Assembly (NCBI GenBank): GCA_041737125.1
Contig: JBGSSJ010000014.1
Coordinates: forward strand, 1,533-65,532
DNA: 64,000 bases
Origin: Minisyncoccia bacterium
GTDB lineage: Bacteria > Patescibacteriota > Minisyncoccia > Phycocordibacterales > UBA9973
Direction of reading: 5' to 3'
Shown: positions 1 to 10,073 of the stretch, in pieces
Numbering within the stretch: position 1 is the first letter of the stretch
Layout of the letters: each line of letters starts with the position of its first letter
Translations under genes and position numbers: made by a program
Notes under the pieces: model-generated
The model's database searches: none
What the model saw: only the letters and a program-made list of their open reading frames with translations
What the model was told of the DNA's origin: nothing

Positions 1-48
1 GAGATGGCTATGCCAATACATGTATCAAATGTTGCTAAAAAAGATTAA
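1..48 (+). CDS. rplX: 50S ribosomal protein L24, 3' end (partial)
   Basis: Frame 1 reads EMAMPIHVSNVAKKD*, containing the L24 PIHxSNV motif; lies directly upstream of rplE. Confidence 0.85.
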   Translation, partial: EMAMPIHVSNVAKKD

Positions 49-51
49 CCA

Positions 52-68
52 GCCTGCCGGTAGGCAAG
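52..68. repeat. Short GC-rich palindrome (REP-like), GCCTGCCGGTAGGC
   Basis: Imperfect palindrome in an AT-rich rplX-rplE spacer. Confidence 0.4.
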
Positions 69-80
69 TTTAAATAATAT

Positions 81-620
81 ATGGAAACAGTAAAACAAAA
101 AGAGAAGAAATCATACGCAGTACTAAAGCCAAAATATGGTTACAAGAGTACTATGGCTGCACCTCACCTTGTGAAGGTTGTGGTAGCTTGTGGTACAGGC
201 TCAGGGATTAAGCGTGATAAGGATCGTAACAAGTTCGTCATGGAGCGCTTGGCGAAGATTACAGGTCAGAAGCCTGCGACTCGTGGAGCGAAGAAGTCCA
301 TCGCGTCATTCAAGGTCCGCCTAGGTGACCCGATCGGTGTCATGGTTACACTACGTGGTGCACGTATGTATGGATTCCTAGATAAGCTTATAAACGTAGC
401 TATCCCTCGTACGAAAGACTTCCGTGGTATTGAAAGGAAAATTGTGGATAATATCGGTAACCTAACTATGAGTATCAAGGAGCACACTATCTTCCCAGAA
501 ACAGGAGATGAAGATATCAAAGACATCTTCGGCCTAGCAGTTACAATCGTAACTACAGCAAAGACCAAAGCAGAAGCTACAGAGTTCTTCGAACTCATAG
601 GTGTTCCGTTCAAGAAATAA
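81..620 (+). CDS. rplE: 50S ribosomal protein L5
   Basis: ITGQKP...AKKSIASFKVR.G.PIGVMVTLRG and PRTKDFRG motifs; spc order. Confidence 0.98.
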   Translation: METVKQKEKKSYAVLKPKYGYKSTMAAPHLVKVVVACGTGSGIKRDKDRNKFVMERLAKITGQKPATRGAKKSIASFKVRLGDPIGVMVTLRGARMYGFLDKLINVAIPRTKDFRGIERKIVDNIGNLTMSIKEHTIFPETGDEDIKDIFGLAVTIVTTAKTKAEATEFFELIGVPFKK

Positions 621-670
621 AACACTTTTCTTGTTGTTTACAATAATTTTTCTATTTGTAATAAAATTTT

Positions 671-1120
671 ATGGAGCAAAATACGAAAGTTAACCAAAAG
701 AGAAAAGTTATATTATCTTTTCTGGGTATCGTAATACTTTTAACGGCTATTAATTCTCTACTTACTCTGACGCTAGTTTCACTAGGTAGTTTAGCGTTGA
801 TGATAATTATATTTTATTGGGTTAACAAAAACACAATCCAAGGCTATCAAACAGCTAGAATATGGTCTATCTCATTCTTTTTTCTTGTTATATTAAATGG
901 GGGATACAAATCAATAAATAAGATGGATGTAGTAGATTTAGTATTGTATCTAACATTCACTTCTATGATGATTACAGTAGTGCTTTTGATAAATTCTATA
1001 TGTAAAAGTTTTGAATCTAAGGATAAACAAATTAAAGCTCCCAAAACAAGACCGGTATTTATCTATATTTTACTCGCAATACTTATAATTCCAGTCATTA
1101 TCGGGTATCTCTTTTTTTAA
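671..1120 (+). CDS. Hypothetical multi-pass membrane protein inserted in the spc operon
   Basis: 149-aa ORF with about five hydrophobic segments; AT-rich. Confidence 0.7.
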   Translation: MEQNTKVNQKRKVILSFLGIVILLTAINSLLTLTLVSLGSLALMIIIFYWVNKNTIQGYQTARIWSISFFFLVILNGGYKSINKMDVVDLVLYLTFTSMMITVVLLINSICKSFESKDKQIKAPKTRPVFIYILLAILIIPVIIGYLFF

Positions 1121-1121
1121 T

Positions 1122-1150
1122 TTGACTTTAAAATATCTATCTGCTAGTAT
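1122..1150 (+). promoter_or_regulatory. Putative sigma70 promoter upstream of rpsN
   Basis: TTGACT (1122-1127), 17-bp spacer, TAGTAT (1145-1150) preceded by TG (extended -10). Confidence 0.55.
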
Positions 1151-1257
1151 GGGGGAAGTTCGGTATTGAGGTGATCTGTGTTTCTCCTTAAGGTTTATCT
1201 ATAAGCTTTAAGAAATAACACATGATATCACTCGATTAAGAACACTATTTTTTATAT

Positions 1258-1443
1258 ATGGCAAAAACATCCGTTTTAGCAAGACATTTAAAGAAGTCAA
1301 AGTTCAAATCACGAGAAACAAATCGTTGTTTTCGCTGTGGAAGAGGTCATGCATACATGAGAGATTTCGGACTATGTCGTATCTGCTTCCGTGAGCTTGC
1401 CAATGAAGGTATGCTTCCAGGTGTTCGTAAGTCTTCTTGGTAA
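1258..1443 (+). CDS. rpsN: 30S ribosomal protein S14, zinc-binding type Z
   Basis: 61 aa; RCFRCGR...[10 protein letters not shown]...PGVRKSSW. Confidence 0.98.
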   Translation: MAKTSVLARHLKKSKFKSRETNRCFRCGRGHAYMRDFGLCRICFRELANEGMLPGVRKSSW

Positions 1444-1444
1444 A

Positions 1445-1472
1445 TCGTAATTCTTAATTAGTAATTCGTAAT
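1445..1472. repeat. Four degenerate 7-bp tandem units (TCGTAAT/TCTTAAT/TAGTAAT)
   Basis: Read directly; reverse complement of the ATTAC(G/T)A units at 9969-9987, 11679-11713 and 25548-25627. Confidence 0.7.
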
Positions 1473-1481
1473 TATTTTCAA

Positions 1482-1868
1482 ATGGATCAAATAGCAAACA
1501 TGATAAATATGATAAAGAACGGCAGTCGTGCAGAGCACGAGTTTGTCACTGTTCCTTATTCTAAAATCAAGAATTCTGTAGCAGAATGCCTAGTCAAAGA
1601 AGGCTTCCTTGCTTCAGCTACAAAGAAGACAAAGAAAGGCTTCCCAATACTTGAACTTGGTCTTATGTACGTAGATGGAGCTCCGAAAGTTACTGGTGTT
1701 GAGCGTGTTTCTAAGTCTTCTCGCCGTGTATACAAAGGAGTTAGTGGTCTAAAGCCAGCACGTAGTGGATTCGGTCTTACTGTACTTACTACACCGAAAG
1801 GAATCCTTACAGACAAAGAAGCAAAGAAAGGAATGGTCGGAGGAGAAGTTTTATTCAAACTTTGGTAA
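1482..1868 (+). CDS. rpsH: 30S ribosomal protein S8
   Basis: DQIANMINMIKN...RVSKSSRRVY...TTPKGILT...GGEVL. Confidence 0.98.
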   Translation: MDQIANMINMIKNGSRAEHEFVTVPYSKIKNSVAECLVKEGFLASATKKTKKGFPILELGLMYVDGAPKVTGVERVSKSSRRVYKGVSGLKPARSGFGLTVLTTPKGILTDKEAKKGMVGGEVLFKLW

Positions 1869-1885
1869 TTCGATAATATAATTTT

Positions 1886-2425
1886 ATGTCAAGAATAGGA
1901 AAACAAATCGTAATAATCCCAGCCGGTACAGAAGCAAAGCTTTCTGGAACTGTCTTCTCTGTTAAAGGCCCAAAGGGTACTCTTACTCGTGACTTCCCAG
2001 GACATGTATCTATAAACATCAACGGTAATGAAATCACATTCGTCAAAGGCGGTAAAGAAGGCGACAAGAAGGTAAATGCTCTATGGGGTGCTTATGCTTC
2101 ACATGTGAAGAACATGGTAGATGGAGTAAATACTGGATATACTAAAGTTCTTATTCTAGAAGGAGTCGGATTCAAATCAGACGTAGCAGGCAGTGTACTT
2201 AATCTTGCTCTAGGTTTCTCTCACCCAGTCAAAGTAAATATACCAGCAGGAATAGAAGTAAAAGCAGAGAAGAACAACGTGACTATTTCAGGTATAGACA
2301 AAGAGTTAGTTGGATCATTCGCAGCATCAATACGAGCTATGAAGAAGCCAGAACCATATAAAGGTAAAGGTTTCCGTTACTCTGATGAAGTTATCCGTCG
2401 TAAACAAGGTAAGAAAGCAGCGTAA
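1886..2425 (+). CDS. rplF: 50S ribosomal protein L6
   Basis: MSRIGK...LGFSHPV...PEPYKGKG. Confidence 0.98.
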   Translation: MSRIGKQIVIIPAGTEAKLSGTVFSVKGPKGTLTRDFPGHVSININGNEITFVKGGKEGDKKVNALWGAYASHVKNMVDGVNTGYTKVLILEGVGFKSDVAGSVLNLALGFSHPVKVNIPAGIEVKAEKNNVTISGIDKELVGSFAASIRAMKKPEPYKGKGFRYSDEVIRRKQGKKAA

Positions 2426-2442
2426 GATAATTACAAAAATTT

Positions 2443-2784
2443 ATGAACAAGAAATTAGAAAAAAGATTAAGATTAAAGAAAAAGATTCGTACCAAAATTT
2501 CTGGTACAGCTTCTTCTCCACGTCTTTCAATATTCAGATCAAATCAATACATCTATGCGCAAGTTATCGATGATACTACAGGTAAAACTGTTGTTTCAGC
2601 ATCTGACATGGCCTCCGACCGCGGTACAAAGACAGAGCGTGCTATATCAGTAGGTGCTGAAGTAGCAAAGCAAGCGAAAGAAAAAGGTATATCTTCTGTA
2701 GTTTTTGATCGCAATGGATTTAAATATACTGGTCGCATTAAAGCACTTGCAGATTCTGCTCGTAATAGTGGTCTAAAGTTCTAA
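2443..2784 (+). CDS. rplR: 50S ribosomal protein L18
   Basis: [19 protein letters not shown]...[19 protein letters not shown]. Confidence 0.98.
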   Translation: MNKKLEKRLRLKKKIRTKISGTASSPRLSIFRSNQYIYAQVIDDTTGKTVVSASDMASDRGTKTERAISVGAEVAKQAKEKGISSVVFDRNGFKYTGRIKALADSARNSGLKF

Positions 2785-2788
2785 TTAT

Positions 2789-3427
2789 ATGGATACAACA
2801 AAGAAAACAACACAAAATAAAGGTACAACACGACCATCAACTGGGGCTCCTCGCCGTGAAGGTGGTGACCGCAAGCCTCGTGCACACTTCGAGCGTCCAA
2901 AGCCAGAGTTTGATCAGAAGATGGTTTCTATTCGTCGCGTTACTCGTGTGGTAGCTGGAGGACGCCGTATGACATTTGCAGTTGCTATTGCTATTGGTGA
3001 TAAGAAAGGCTCAGTTGGACTTGGTACTGGAAAGGGAGGCGACACAGCAGTTGCTATCGCGAAAGCTCTTCGCCAAGCGAAGAAGAACATGTTCAAGATT
3101 AAAACTACAAAAGAAATGTCTATTCCTCATGCAGTAGCTGCGAAGTATTCTAGCGCAAGACTCTCAATAATGCCGAACCGGGGCAAAGGTCTCGTAGCAG
3201 GTAGTACTGTCCGCGACATGTTAATACTAGCAGGTATCAAGAATGTGACAGCGAAGCTTCACTCAGGCACAAAGAATAAGCTAAACAATGCACGCTGTGC
3301 ATATGCGACACTTTATCAATTACGTGCAAAAGCTGCTCTACCAAAAGTAGCAGAAATACTTGCTGAAACAGAAGCCATCGATAAAGAAATATCAAATGCT
3401 GATGTAGTAGTAGAAGTATTAAAATAA
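2789..3427 (+). CDS. rpsE: 30S ribosomal protein S5
   Basis: IRRVTRVVAGGRR..F...VGLGTGK; spc order. Confidence 0.97.
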   Translation: MDTTKKTTQNKGTTRPSTGAPRREGGDRKPRAHFERPKPEFDQKMVSIRRVTRVVAGGRRMTFAVAIAIGDKKGSVGLGTGKGGDTAVAIAKALRQAKKNMFKIKTTKEMSIPHAVAAKYSSARLSIMPNRGKGLVAGSTVRDMLILAGIKNVTAKLHSGTKNKLNNARCAYATLYQLRAKAALPKVAEILAETEAIDKEISNADVVVEVLK

Positions 3428-3431
3428 TTTT

Positions 3432-3860
3432 ATGCAATTAAACACATTAAAAAGAGAAAATCCAAATAAGAAAGCTCGCCAAGTAGGCCGTGGTGGTACA
3501 CGTGGTAAGCAATCAGGCCGTGGAGGTAAAGGGCAGACAGCTCGTGCTGGTAATAAGCGTCGTCCACAAATGCGTGATATAATCAAGAAGCTTCCAAAGC
3601 TTCGCGGATATCGCTTTAATTCAGCTTCAAAGAAGAACTCTCCTGTGAACTTGAATGCACTCAATGTATTCGAGAAAGGCGCAGAAGTAAACCCAGAATC
3701 ACTATTCAAAGCTGGTATCGTTCGTAAAGTTGGAGGAGTCTATCCTCACATGAAGATCCTAGGAACTGGAGATGTTAAAGTTGCTTTATCTATCTCTATG
3801 TGTGTAGTTTCTAAGTCAGCGAAAGAGAAGATCGAGAAAGCAGGCGGAACGGTTAAGTAA
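3432..3860 (+). CDS. rplO: 50S ribosomal protein L15
   Basis: VGRGGTRGKQSGRGGKGQTAR...KLPKLRG...KIEKAGG. Confidence 0.97.
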   Translation: MQLNTLKRENPNKKARQVGRGGTRGKQSGRGGKGQTARAGNKRRPQMRDIIKKLPKLRGYRFNSASKKNSPVNLNALNVFEKGAEVNPESLFKAGIVRKVGGVYPHMKILGTGDVKVALSISMCVVSKSAKEKIEKAGGTVK

Positions 3861-3862
3861 TC

Positions 3863-3929
3863 AAGTTGAAAGTATAAAGTTATAAAGCACGAAACTTTAA
3901 AAACTTGAAACTTTAAAAACTTTATAACT
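3863..3929. repeat. Short tandem AAAGTT-type units followed by inverted AACTTT-type units
   Basis: Read directly in the rplO-secY spacer; can fold back on itself. Confidence 0.6.
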
Positions 3930-3935
3930 CATTAC

Positions 3936-5207
3936 ATGGAAACTATTTGGAACAAACTAAAAATGATATTTACAGACAGAACATTGCGTTCTCGCATTTT
4001 GTTCGTACTTGCTGCCCTTATCGTATTCCGCTTACTCTCTACTATTCCTATCCCAGGTATCGATCCACTGAAGCTACAAGCATTCCTTGCTAATAACCAA
4101 TTCTTCGGAGTCCTAAACCTATTCTCTGGTGGAGGATTATCTAACCTTTCTATATTAATGCTCGGAGTTGGACCATATATTACTGGTTCTATTATAATGC
4201 AGCTTCTGACTATCATGTCTCCAAGACTAAAGGCTATGTATCAAGAAGATGGAGAAATAGGCAGGAAGAAATTCACTCAATACGGTAGAATGCTTACAGT
4301 TCCACTTGCTATTATCCAAGGCCTAGGACTTATGGTTCTACTACAAAGACAAGGTATTATTGCAGACCTTACACTATTTGAGACTATCGCGAATCTTTCA
4401 GTTATAGTTGCGGGTTCACTCCTTATAATGTGGATCGGTGAGCTTATATCTGAATTCGGTATTGGTAACGGTGTATCACTTATCATCTTTGCTGGTATCG
4501 TGGTTAACCTACCTACATCAGTAGCTCAGTTCCTACTTACTTTTGATATAGCAAACTTGCCACTTTATCTATTGTTCTTGGCTGTTGGTGTAGTTATTAT
4601 CGGTGGTGTAGTAGTAGTGAGTGAAGCAGAGCGCCCAATACCAGTAACATATGCCAAGCAGATGCGAGGCGATAGGGTTGCGGGTGGTACTCAGACTTAT
4701 CTTCCACTTCGTGTGAACCAAGCTGGAGTTATCCCTATAATCTTCGCACTTTCTATACTTATGTTCCCTCAGCTTATCGGTAACTTCTTTGCAAATCATT
4801 CAAACGCCATACTAGCAGCTATTTCCAAAGGAATGCTTTGGTTCGTAGCGAATACTTGGGTTTACTCATTATTCTACTTTATCCTTGTATTCTTATTTAC
4901 TTACTTCTACACTGCTGTAACTTTCGATCCTGATCAGCTATCGACCAATCTACAGAAGAACGGAGCTTTCGTACCAGGTATTCGTCCAGGTCCGGCTACT
5001 CGTGAATATGTGTCAAAGATTGTTACTCGTATAACGCTCGTCGGTGCAATATTCCTTGGCCTTATTGCAGTACTCCCTCTGATTATTCAATCGCTTACTG
5101 GTATAACAGCTTTTGCTATCGGTGGTACAGCTCTTCTAATCGTTGTTTCTGTTGTCCTTGATTTAATAAAGAAAGTGGAAGCGCAATTATCAATGAGAGA
5201 ATATTAA
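3936..5207 (+). CDS. secY: Preprotein translocase subunit SecY
   Basis: LGVGPYITGSII.QLL, GIGNGVSLIIFAGI, PGIRPG, GGTALLIVV. Confidence 0.99.
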   Translation: METIWNKLKMIFTDRTLRSRILFVLAALIVFRLLSTIPIPGIDPLKLQAFLANNQFFGVLNLFSGGGLSNLSILMLGVGPYITGSIIMQLLTIMSPRLKAMYQEDGEIGRKKFTQYGRMLTVPLAIIQGLGLMVLLQRQGIIADLTLFETIANLSVIVAGSLLIMWIGELISEFGIGNGVSLIIFAGIVVNLPTSVAQFLLTFDIANLPLYLLFLAVGVVIIGGVVVVSEAERPIPVTYAKQMRGDRVAGGTQTYLPLRVNQAGVIPIIFALSILMFPQLIGNFFANHSNAILAAISKGMLWFVANTWVYSLFYFILVFLFTYFYTAVTFDPDQLSTNLQKNGAFVPGIRPGPATREYVSKIVTRITLVGAIFLGLIAVLPLIIQSLTGITAFAIGGTALLIVVSVVLDLIKKVEAQLSMREY

Positions 5208-5232
5208 AAAAGACCTTAAATAGGTCTTTTTT
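5207..5232 (+). terminator. Intrinsic terminator after secY
   Basis: AAAAAGACCT-loop-AGGTCTTTTTT. Confidence 0.75.
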
Positions 5233-5264
5233 AATGTATGAGTAATTTAGTATATAATAACAAT

Positions 5265-5855
5265 ATGAAACCTTATACATTTATGTTTTTTGGAATAGTG
5301 GGCTCAGGTAAAGGAACTCAGGTTAAACTTCTGCAAGATTATTTGAAAGAGAAAAGTTTAGCTGAAGATGTATTATCTACTTCTACGGGAGTAGAGTATC
5401 GTAAGCTTATAGATAGTGGTAACTATACAGGTCAAATTGTAAAAGTTAGCTTAGAGAAAGGCAACTTACAACCTAATTTCCTAACAATTAGTTTGTTTAC
5501 AAATATCCTAACTGCAAATATGCAAGAAAATACATCTTTTATCGCAGATGGTTTCCCTCGAACAATTATACAATCTGAAGCATTCGAAAGCGCTATGCAA
5601 TTCTATGGGAGAGATACCGTTCATGTCATTTATATTGAGCTTGGTAAAGAAGAGGCAACTAAACGTATGAAATTAAGAGCAAGAGCTGATGATACAGATG
5701 AAGGTATCTCTAAAAGATTTGATGAATATATAAACAACGTCATTCCAGCGATGAATTACTTTAAAGACAAAGCAGGCTACACTATACATACCATAAATGG
5801 TGATCAATCCATCGAAGATGTACAGAAGGATATAATTAAAGCTCTAAATTTATAA
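5265..5855 (+). CDS. adk: Adenylate kinase family, short-LID form
   Basis: P-loop GIVGSGKGTQ, DGFPRT, RADD; follows secY; start probably MKPY at 5265. Confidence 0.9.
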   Translation: MKPYTFMFFGIVGSGKGTQVKLLQDYLKEKSLAEDVLSTSTGVEYRKLIDSGNYTGQIVKVSLEKGNLQPNFLTISLFTNILTANMQENTSFIADGFPRTIIQSEAFESAMQFYGRDTVHVIYIELGKEEATKRMKLRARADDTDEGISKRFDEYINNVIPAMNYFKDKAGYTIHTINGDQSIEDVQKDIIKALNL

Positions 5856-6541
5856 TGCATAAAAACGAACACATTGTTATATCGCTAGGTGGATCTCTTG
5901 TTGTGCCTGATCAGATAGATACAGGCTTCCTAAAATCTTTTATTGAAACTATAAAAGAATATGTAAATAAAGGATTCTACTTTCTTATTATTACTGGTGG
6001 AGGAAGAACAGCTCGCAACTATACAATTGCAGCCAAGGAGATAAGTAATCCAACGAATGAAGACTTAGATTGGATAGGCATAGAGACCACTCGCATAAAT
6101 GCAGAGTTCGTACGTGTGTGCTTCGGTGATATCGCTTATTCAGAAATCATTTTGAACCCAGAATCAATCCCAGAGACTGATAAGCACGTCATACTTGGGG
6201 GTGGATGGAAGCCAGGCAACTCGAGCGACCTTGCTGCTGTTGTATGTGCCGAGACAGTAGGAGCGCATAAGATTATAAACCTTTCTAATATTGATTATGT
6301 ATACACAGCAGACCCTCGCCATAATAGTGATGCAGTGAAGATAGAGCATTCTTCTTGGAGTGATTTGCGGGCACTACTACCGAAAGAATGGGACCCAGGT
6401 CTAAACAGTCCTTTTGACCCAATAGCAGCCGAGAAGGCCGAATCCTTAGGCCTTGAAGTAGTAGTTATGAATGGTAAGAACATAGAGAATTTGAAGAACT
6501 ACTTAGATGGCAAAGAATTCGCAGGGACTGTTATTCGCTAA
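5855..6541 (+). CDS. pyrH: UMP kinase, archaeal type
   Basis: VISLGGSL, GGGRTARNY, DWIGI..TR.NA, GGWKPGNSSD, VYTADP, FDPIAA. Confidence 0.9.
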   Translation: MHKNEHIVISLGGSLVVPDQIDTGFLKSFIETIKEYVNKGFYFLIITGGGRTARNYTIAAKEISNPTNEDLDWIGIETTRINAEFVRVCFGDIAYSEIILNPESIPETDKHVILGGGWKPGNSSDLAAVVCAETVGAHKIINLSNIDYVYTADPRHNSDAVKIEHSSWSDLRALLPKEWDPGLNSPFDPIAAEKAESLGLEVVVMNGKNIENLKNYLDGKEFAGTVIR

Positions 6542-6564
6542 ATTCTTAGGGTACAATACTATAT

Positions 6565-8247
6565 ATGTCCGAGAATCGTATATGTCAGAATTGTAAGAAC
6601 GAATTCAGTATTGAGGCTGATGACTTTTCTTTCTATGAAAAGATGCAAGTTCCACCACCGACATTCTGTTCACAGTGTCGTATGGTTCGTAGGTTAGTTT
6701 TCCGTAATGAAAGAAGATTATTTAAAGTAAATAATGCTTTTACTGGGGAGAAGATATTCTCTCTATATCCAGAGCAGTCAGGAATGAAGGTCGTCACACA
6801 GGATGAGTGGTTCGGTGATTCTTGGGACCCGAAAGAATATGCTTGTGATTACGATTTCTCAGTAAATTGCTTCCAACAGCTTTTTGATCTGGACAAAAAG
6901 GTTCCTATTTATGGGCTTAATGTAAGGGGGATGATTCAGAGTGATTACTGTGCTAATGCTTCATATCTGAAAGATTGCTACTTACTGTTCAACTCAAATA
7001 CTTCCGAGAACTGTTTATATGGTAATTCTGTCGATACTTCTCGAGATTGTGTAGACAACTCACATATAGCAAAATCTGAGCGTTGCTATGAATCATTCTG
7101 GTTAAATAATTGTTATCAATGTTATTACACTATTATGTGTGTGGACTCAAGGAATATGTGGTTTTCTAGAGACTGTCTTGATTGCAGTAATTGCTTTGGT
7201 TGTACAAATCTAAGGAAAGCCTCGTATTGTATTTTCAACCAGCAATATACAAAAGAAGAATATTTAAATGAATTAAATTTAAATACTAGAAGTGGTATAG
7301 AAGAAGCAAATAAGGTCTGTATGGACTTTTGGAAGACACAACCTAATAAATTACACCAGGGTCTAATGAATACTAATTCTAATGGTGCTTATGTTTCTAA
7401 TTGCAAGAATGTCCTAGATTCATATTTAGTACGTGATAGTGAAGATATGCGCTACTGCCAATATATGCTTGTTGGCGGTAATAAGGACTGCATGGATGCC
7501 TGCGTTTGGGGACAGAAAACTGAACTCTCATACGAGACAGTGACTTGTGGTGAGAACTCTTATAATCTCAAATTCTGTTTTGACTGTTGGCCAAACGTTC
7601 GAGATTGTGAATATTCTCTACATCTGAAATCATCATCGGACTGTTTTGCTTGCGTTGGTTTAAAGAATGCACAGTACTGTATTTTGAATAAACAGTATAC
7701 GAAAGATGAATATTTTGAAATGGTAGAGAAGATAAAGAAACATATGGATGAAATGCCTTATATAGATAAAAAAGGAAGAGTATATAAATATGGGGAATTC
7801 TTTCCAATTGAATTATCTGCTTTTGGTTACAACAATACAGCAGCAAAAGACCAAGCACCGATTAATAAAGAAGAAGTGGAAGAAAATAATTATCCATGGA
7901 TAGAAGTTGATCGTGGTAACTATGATATAACACTTGATGGTAATGATATTCCAGATAATATAAATGATGTAAAGGATAGTATCTTAAATGAAGTTATAAG
8001 ATGTACGAATTGTGGATATGCACACCGTATCGTTCCCGGTGAATTGAATTTCTTAAGGAAAGAATCCTTACCTGTCCCTACTATTTGTTATGAATGCCGT
8101 CATTCTAGAAGGATTGAGAACAGGTTGAGAAATAATCTATATAATAGGAATTGTTCAAAATGCGATATTGCTATAAGTACACCTTTTCCACCAGAGAATG
8201 GAGATATAGTTTATTGTGAAAAGTGTTATCAACAAGAGGTGATATAA
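6565..8247 (+). CDS. Cys-rich hypothetical protein, paralog 1 of 4
   Basis: CQNC...PPTFCxxC N-terminus, repeated Cys/Tyr core, YCEKCYQQEVI end. Confidence 0.9.
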   Translation: MSENRICQNCKNEFSIEADDFSFYEKMQVPPPTFCSQCRMVRRLVFRNERRLFKVNNAFTGEKIFSLYPEQSGMKVVTQDEWFGDSWDPKEYACDYDFSVNCFQQLFDLDKKVPIYGLNVRGMIQSDYCANASYLKDCYLLFNSNTSENCLYGNSVDTSRDCVDNSHIAKSERCYESFWLNNCYQCYYTIMCVDSRNMWFSRDCLDCSNCFGCTNLRKASYCIFNQQYTKEEYLNELNLNTRSGIEEANKVCMDFWKTQPNKLHQGLMNTNSNGAYVSNCKNVLDSYLVRDSEDMRYCQYMLVGGNKDCMDACVWGQKTELSYETVTCGENSYNLKFCFDCWPNVRDCEYSLHLKSSSDCFACVGLKNAQYCILNKQYTKDEYFEMVEKIKKHMDEMPYIDKKGRVYKYGEFFPIELSAFGYNNTAAKDQAPINKEEVEENNYPWIEVDRGNYDITLDGNDIPDNINDVKDSILNEVIRCTNCGYAHRIVPGELNFLRKESLPVPTICYECRHSRRIENRLRNNLYNRNCSKCDIAISTPFPPENGDIVYCEKCYQQEVI

Positions 8248-8254
8248 TAAAAGC

Positions 8255-9955
8255 ATGGAGACAAGAAACTGCCAGAACTGCAAAAATAAGTTCAAGATCG
8301 AACCAGACGATTTTTCTTTCTATAATAAGATAAAGGTACCCCCACCTACTTTCTGTCCACAATGTAGACTTATTCGAAGAATGAGTCATACAAACGAAAG
8401 AGTTCTATATAGGCGTAAATGTGATCTGACAGGTGAAAATATCCTTAGTATGTTTGGAGTAGATGCCGAATTCCCAGTATATAAATCTGAAGCTTGGTAT
8501 TCTGATGATTGGGATCCATATAAATATGGAGTAGATTATGATTTTTCTAAGTCATTTTTTGAGCAATTCAAAGAATTATTACAACGAGTACCTAGAATGG
8601 CATTAGTTAAACAAGGTCTTTCTAAGAATAGTGAATATACACACAGAGTCCATGATATGAAAGACTCTCATATGGTTTTTCGTATGTCTGGTAGTTTAGA
8701 TTCATCTTATTGTTATGTAGGTAGAAATATAACGAATTGCGTTGATTGTCTTAGTATCTGGGATAGTGAGTTGTGTTATGAATGTATAGATTGCAATAAT
8801 TGTTACAAGGTCCGATATTCTCAAGAAAGTCATGATTGCAGGGATTCTTTTTTCTTGTATGCCTGCAGAAATTGTTCAAATTGTATCGGTTGTGTAAACT
8901 TGATTAATCAAACACATTGCATTTTTAATGTTAAATACACAAAAGAGGAATACGAGAAAAAATTAAAAGAGCTTAATTTGGAAACTTATTCTGGACTAAA
9001 AGAATTTAAAGATAATTTTGAACAATTTAGAAAAAAGTTTCCATATCGTTCAAATCACTCTTTGAAGTCCAGTAATTATTCTGGTAATTGGATCGTCAGT
9101 TGTCAAAATGTTAAAGAATCATTTGGTTGTATTAATGTAAAAGATGGCAAATATTTATTATGGATTTTTAATGCACAAGATTGCATGGATCATTTCCAGT
9201 GGGGTAATGGAGCCGAGCTTATATACGAATCAGAAAACGTAGGAATTAATGTTTCAAGGGTAAAGTTTTCTTCTCAATGTTGGATGGGTGCTCATGATTT
9301 GGAATACTGTGATTCTTGCCCTGGGGCGGGGAATTGTTTTGGTTGCATAGGATTAAAGAAGGGTGAATACTCTATTTTAAATAAAAAGTATAGTAAAGAA
9401 GAATACGAAGAATTGCTACCTAAAATAAAGCAGCACATGATCGATGTACCATATGTAGATATTAAAGGATGTCTTTATTCATATGGTGAAAATTTCCCTT
9501 TTGAAATATCACCGTTTGCTTATAATGAAACAGCTGCTATCGACTTCTTCCCGATAACAAAAGAGCAGGCTTTAGAGAGTGGTTATAAATGGAAAGATAG
9601 GGAAAAAACTCAGTATAATATAACTAAAGATTTTACTGATCTCCCTGAAACAATAGCAGAAGTGGGCGATGATATAAAAAATGAAATAATATCTTGCGAG
9701 GAATCAGATGAAGAATATTCACCTGGAGCTTTTAATATTACAGACCAAGAATTAGCTTTTTATAGAAAGATGAATTTACCGCTACCACGAGCTTCTTTCT
9801 CCGTCAGACATATGCGTCGTTTCAAACAACGTCCTCCTCTAAAATTAATAAACCGACAATGTTTGAGATGTGGTATAGATGTTGAGACAATTTATACTGA
9901 AGAATTTGCCCCCATTCTTTATTGTGAATCTTGCTATCAACAAGAAGTGATATAA
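8255..9955 (+). CDS. Cys-rich hypothetical protein, paralog 2 of 4
   Basis: Same architecture; ends YCESCYQQEVI. Confidence 0.9.
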   Translation: METRNCQNCKNKFKIEPDDFSFYNKIKVPPPTFCPQCRLIRRMSHTNERVLYRRKCDLTGENILSMFGVDAEFPVYKSEAWYSDDWDPYKYGVDYDFSKSFFEQFKELLQRVPRMALVKQGLSKNSEYTHRVHDMKDSHMVFRMSGSLDSSYCYVGRNITNCVDCLSIWDSELCYECIDCNNCYKVRYSQESHDCRDSFFLYACRNCSNCIGCVNLINQTHCIFNVKYTKEEYEKKLKELNLETYSGLKEFKDNFEQFRKKFPYRSNHSLKSSNYSGNWIVSCQNVKESFGCINVKDGKYLLWIFNAQDCMDHFQWGNGAELIYESENVGINVSRVKFSSQCWMGAHDLEYCDSCPGAGNCFGCIGLKKGEYSILNKKYSKEEYEELLPKIKQHMIDVPYVDIKGCLYSYGENFPFEISPFAYNETAAIDFFPITKEQALESGYKWKDREKTQYNITKDFTDLPETIAEVGDDIKNEIISCEESDEEYSPGAFNITDQELAFYRKMNLPLPRASFSVRHMRRFKQRPPLKLINRQCLRCGIDVETIYTEEFAPILYCESCYQQEVI

Positions 9956-10073
9956 AACAATTAAAAATTACTAATTACTAATTACGAATGGAACACAAAG
10001 AAGAAAATAAAATATGTCAAAATTGTAAAAACTCATTCACAATAGAACCAGATGACTTTTCTTTCTATGAGAA
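9935..10073 (+). repeat. Junction direct repeat, copy 1 (gene end + spacer with 3 heptamers + next gene start)
   Basis: Identical to 11647-11799 except for heptamer copy number. Confidence 0.9.
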
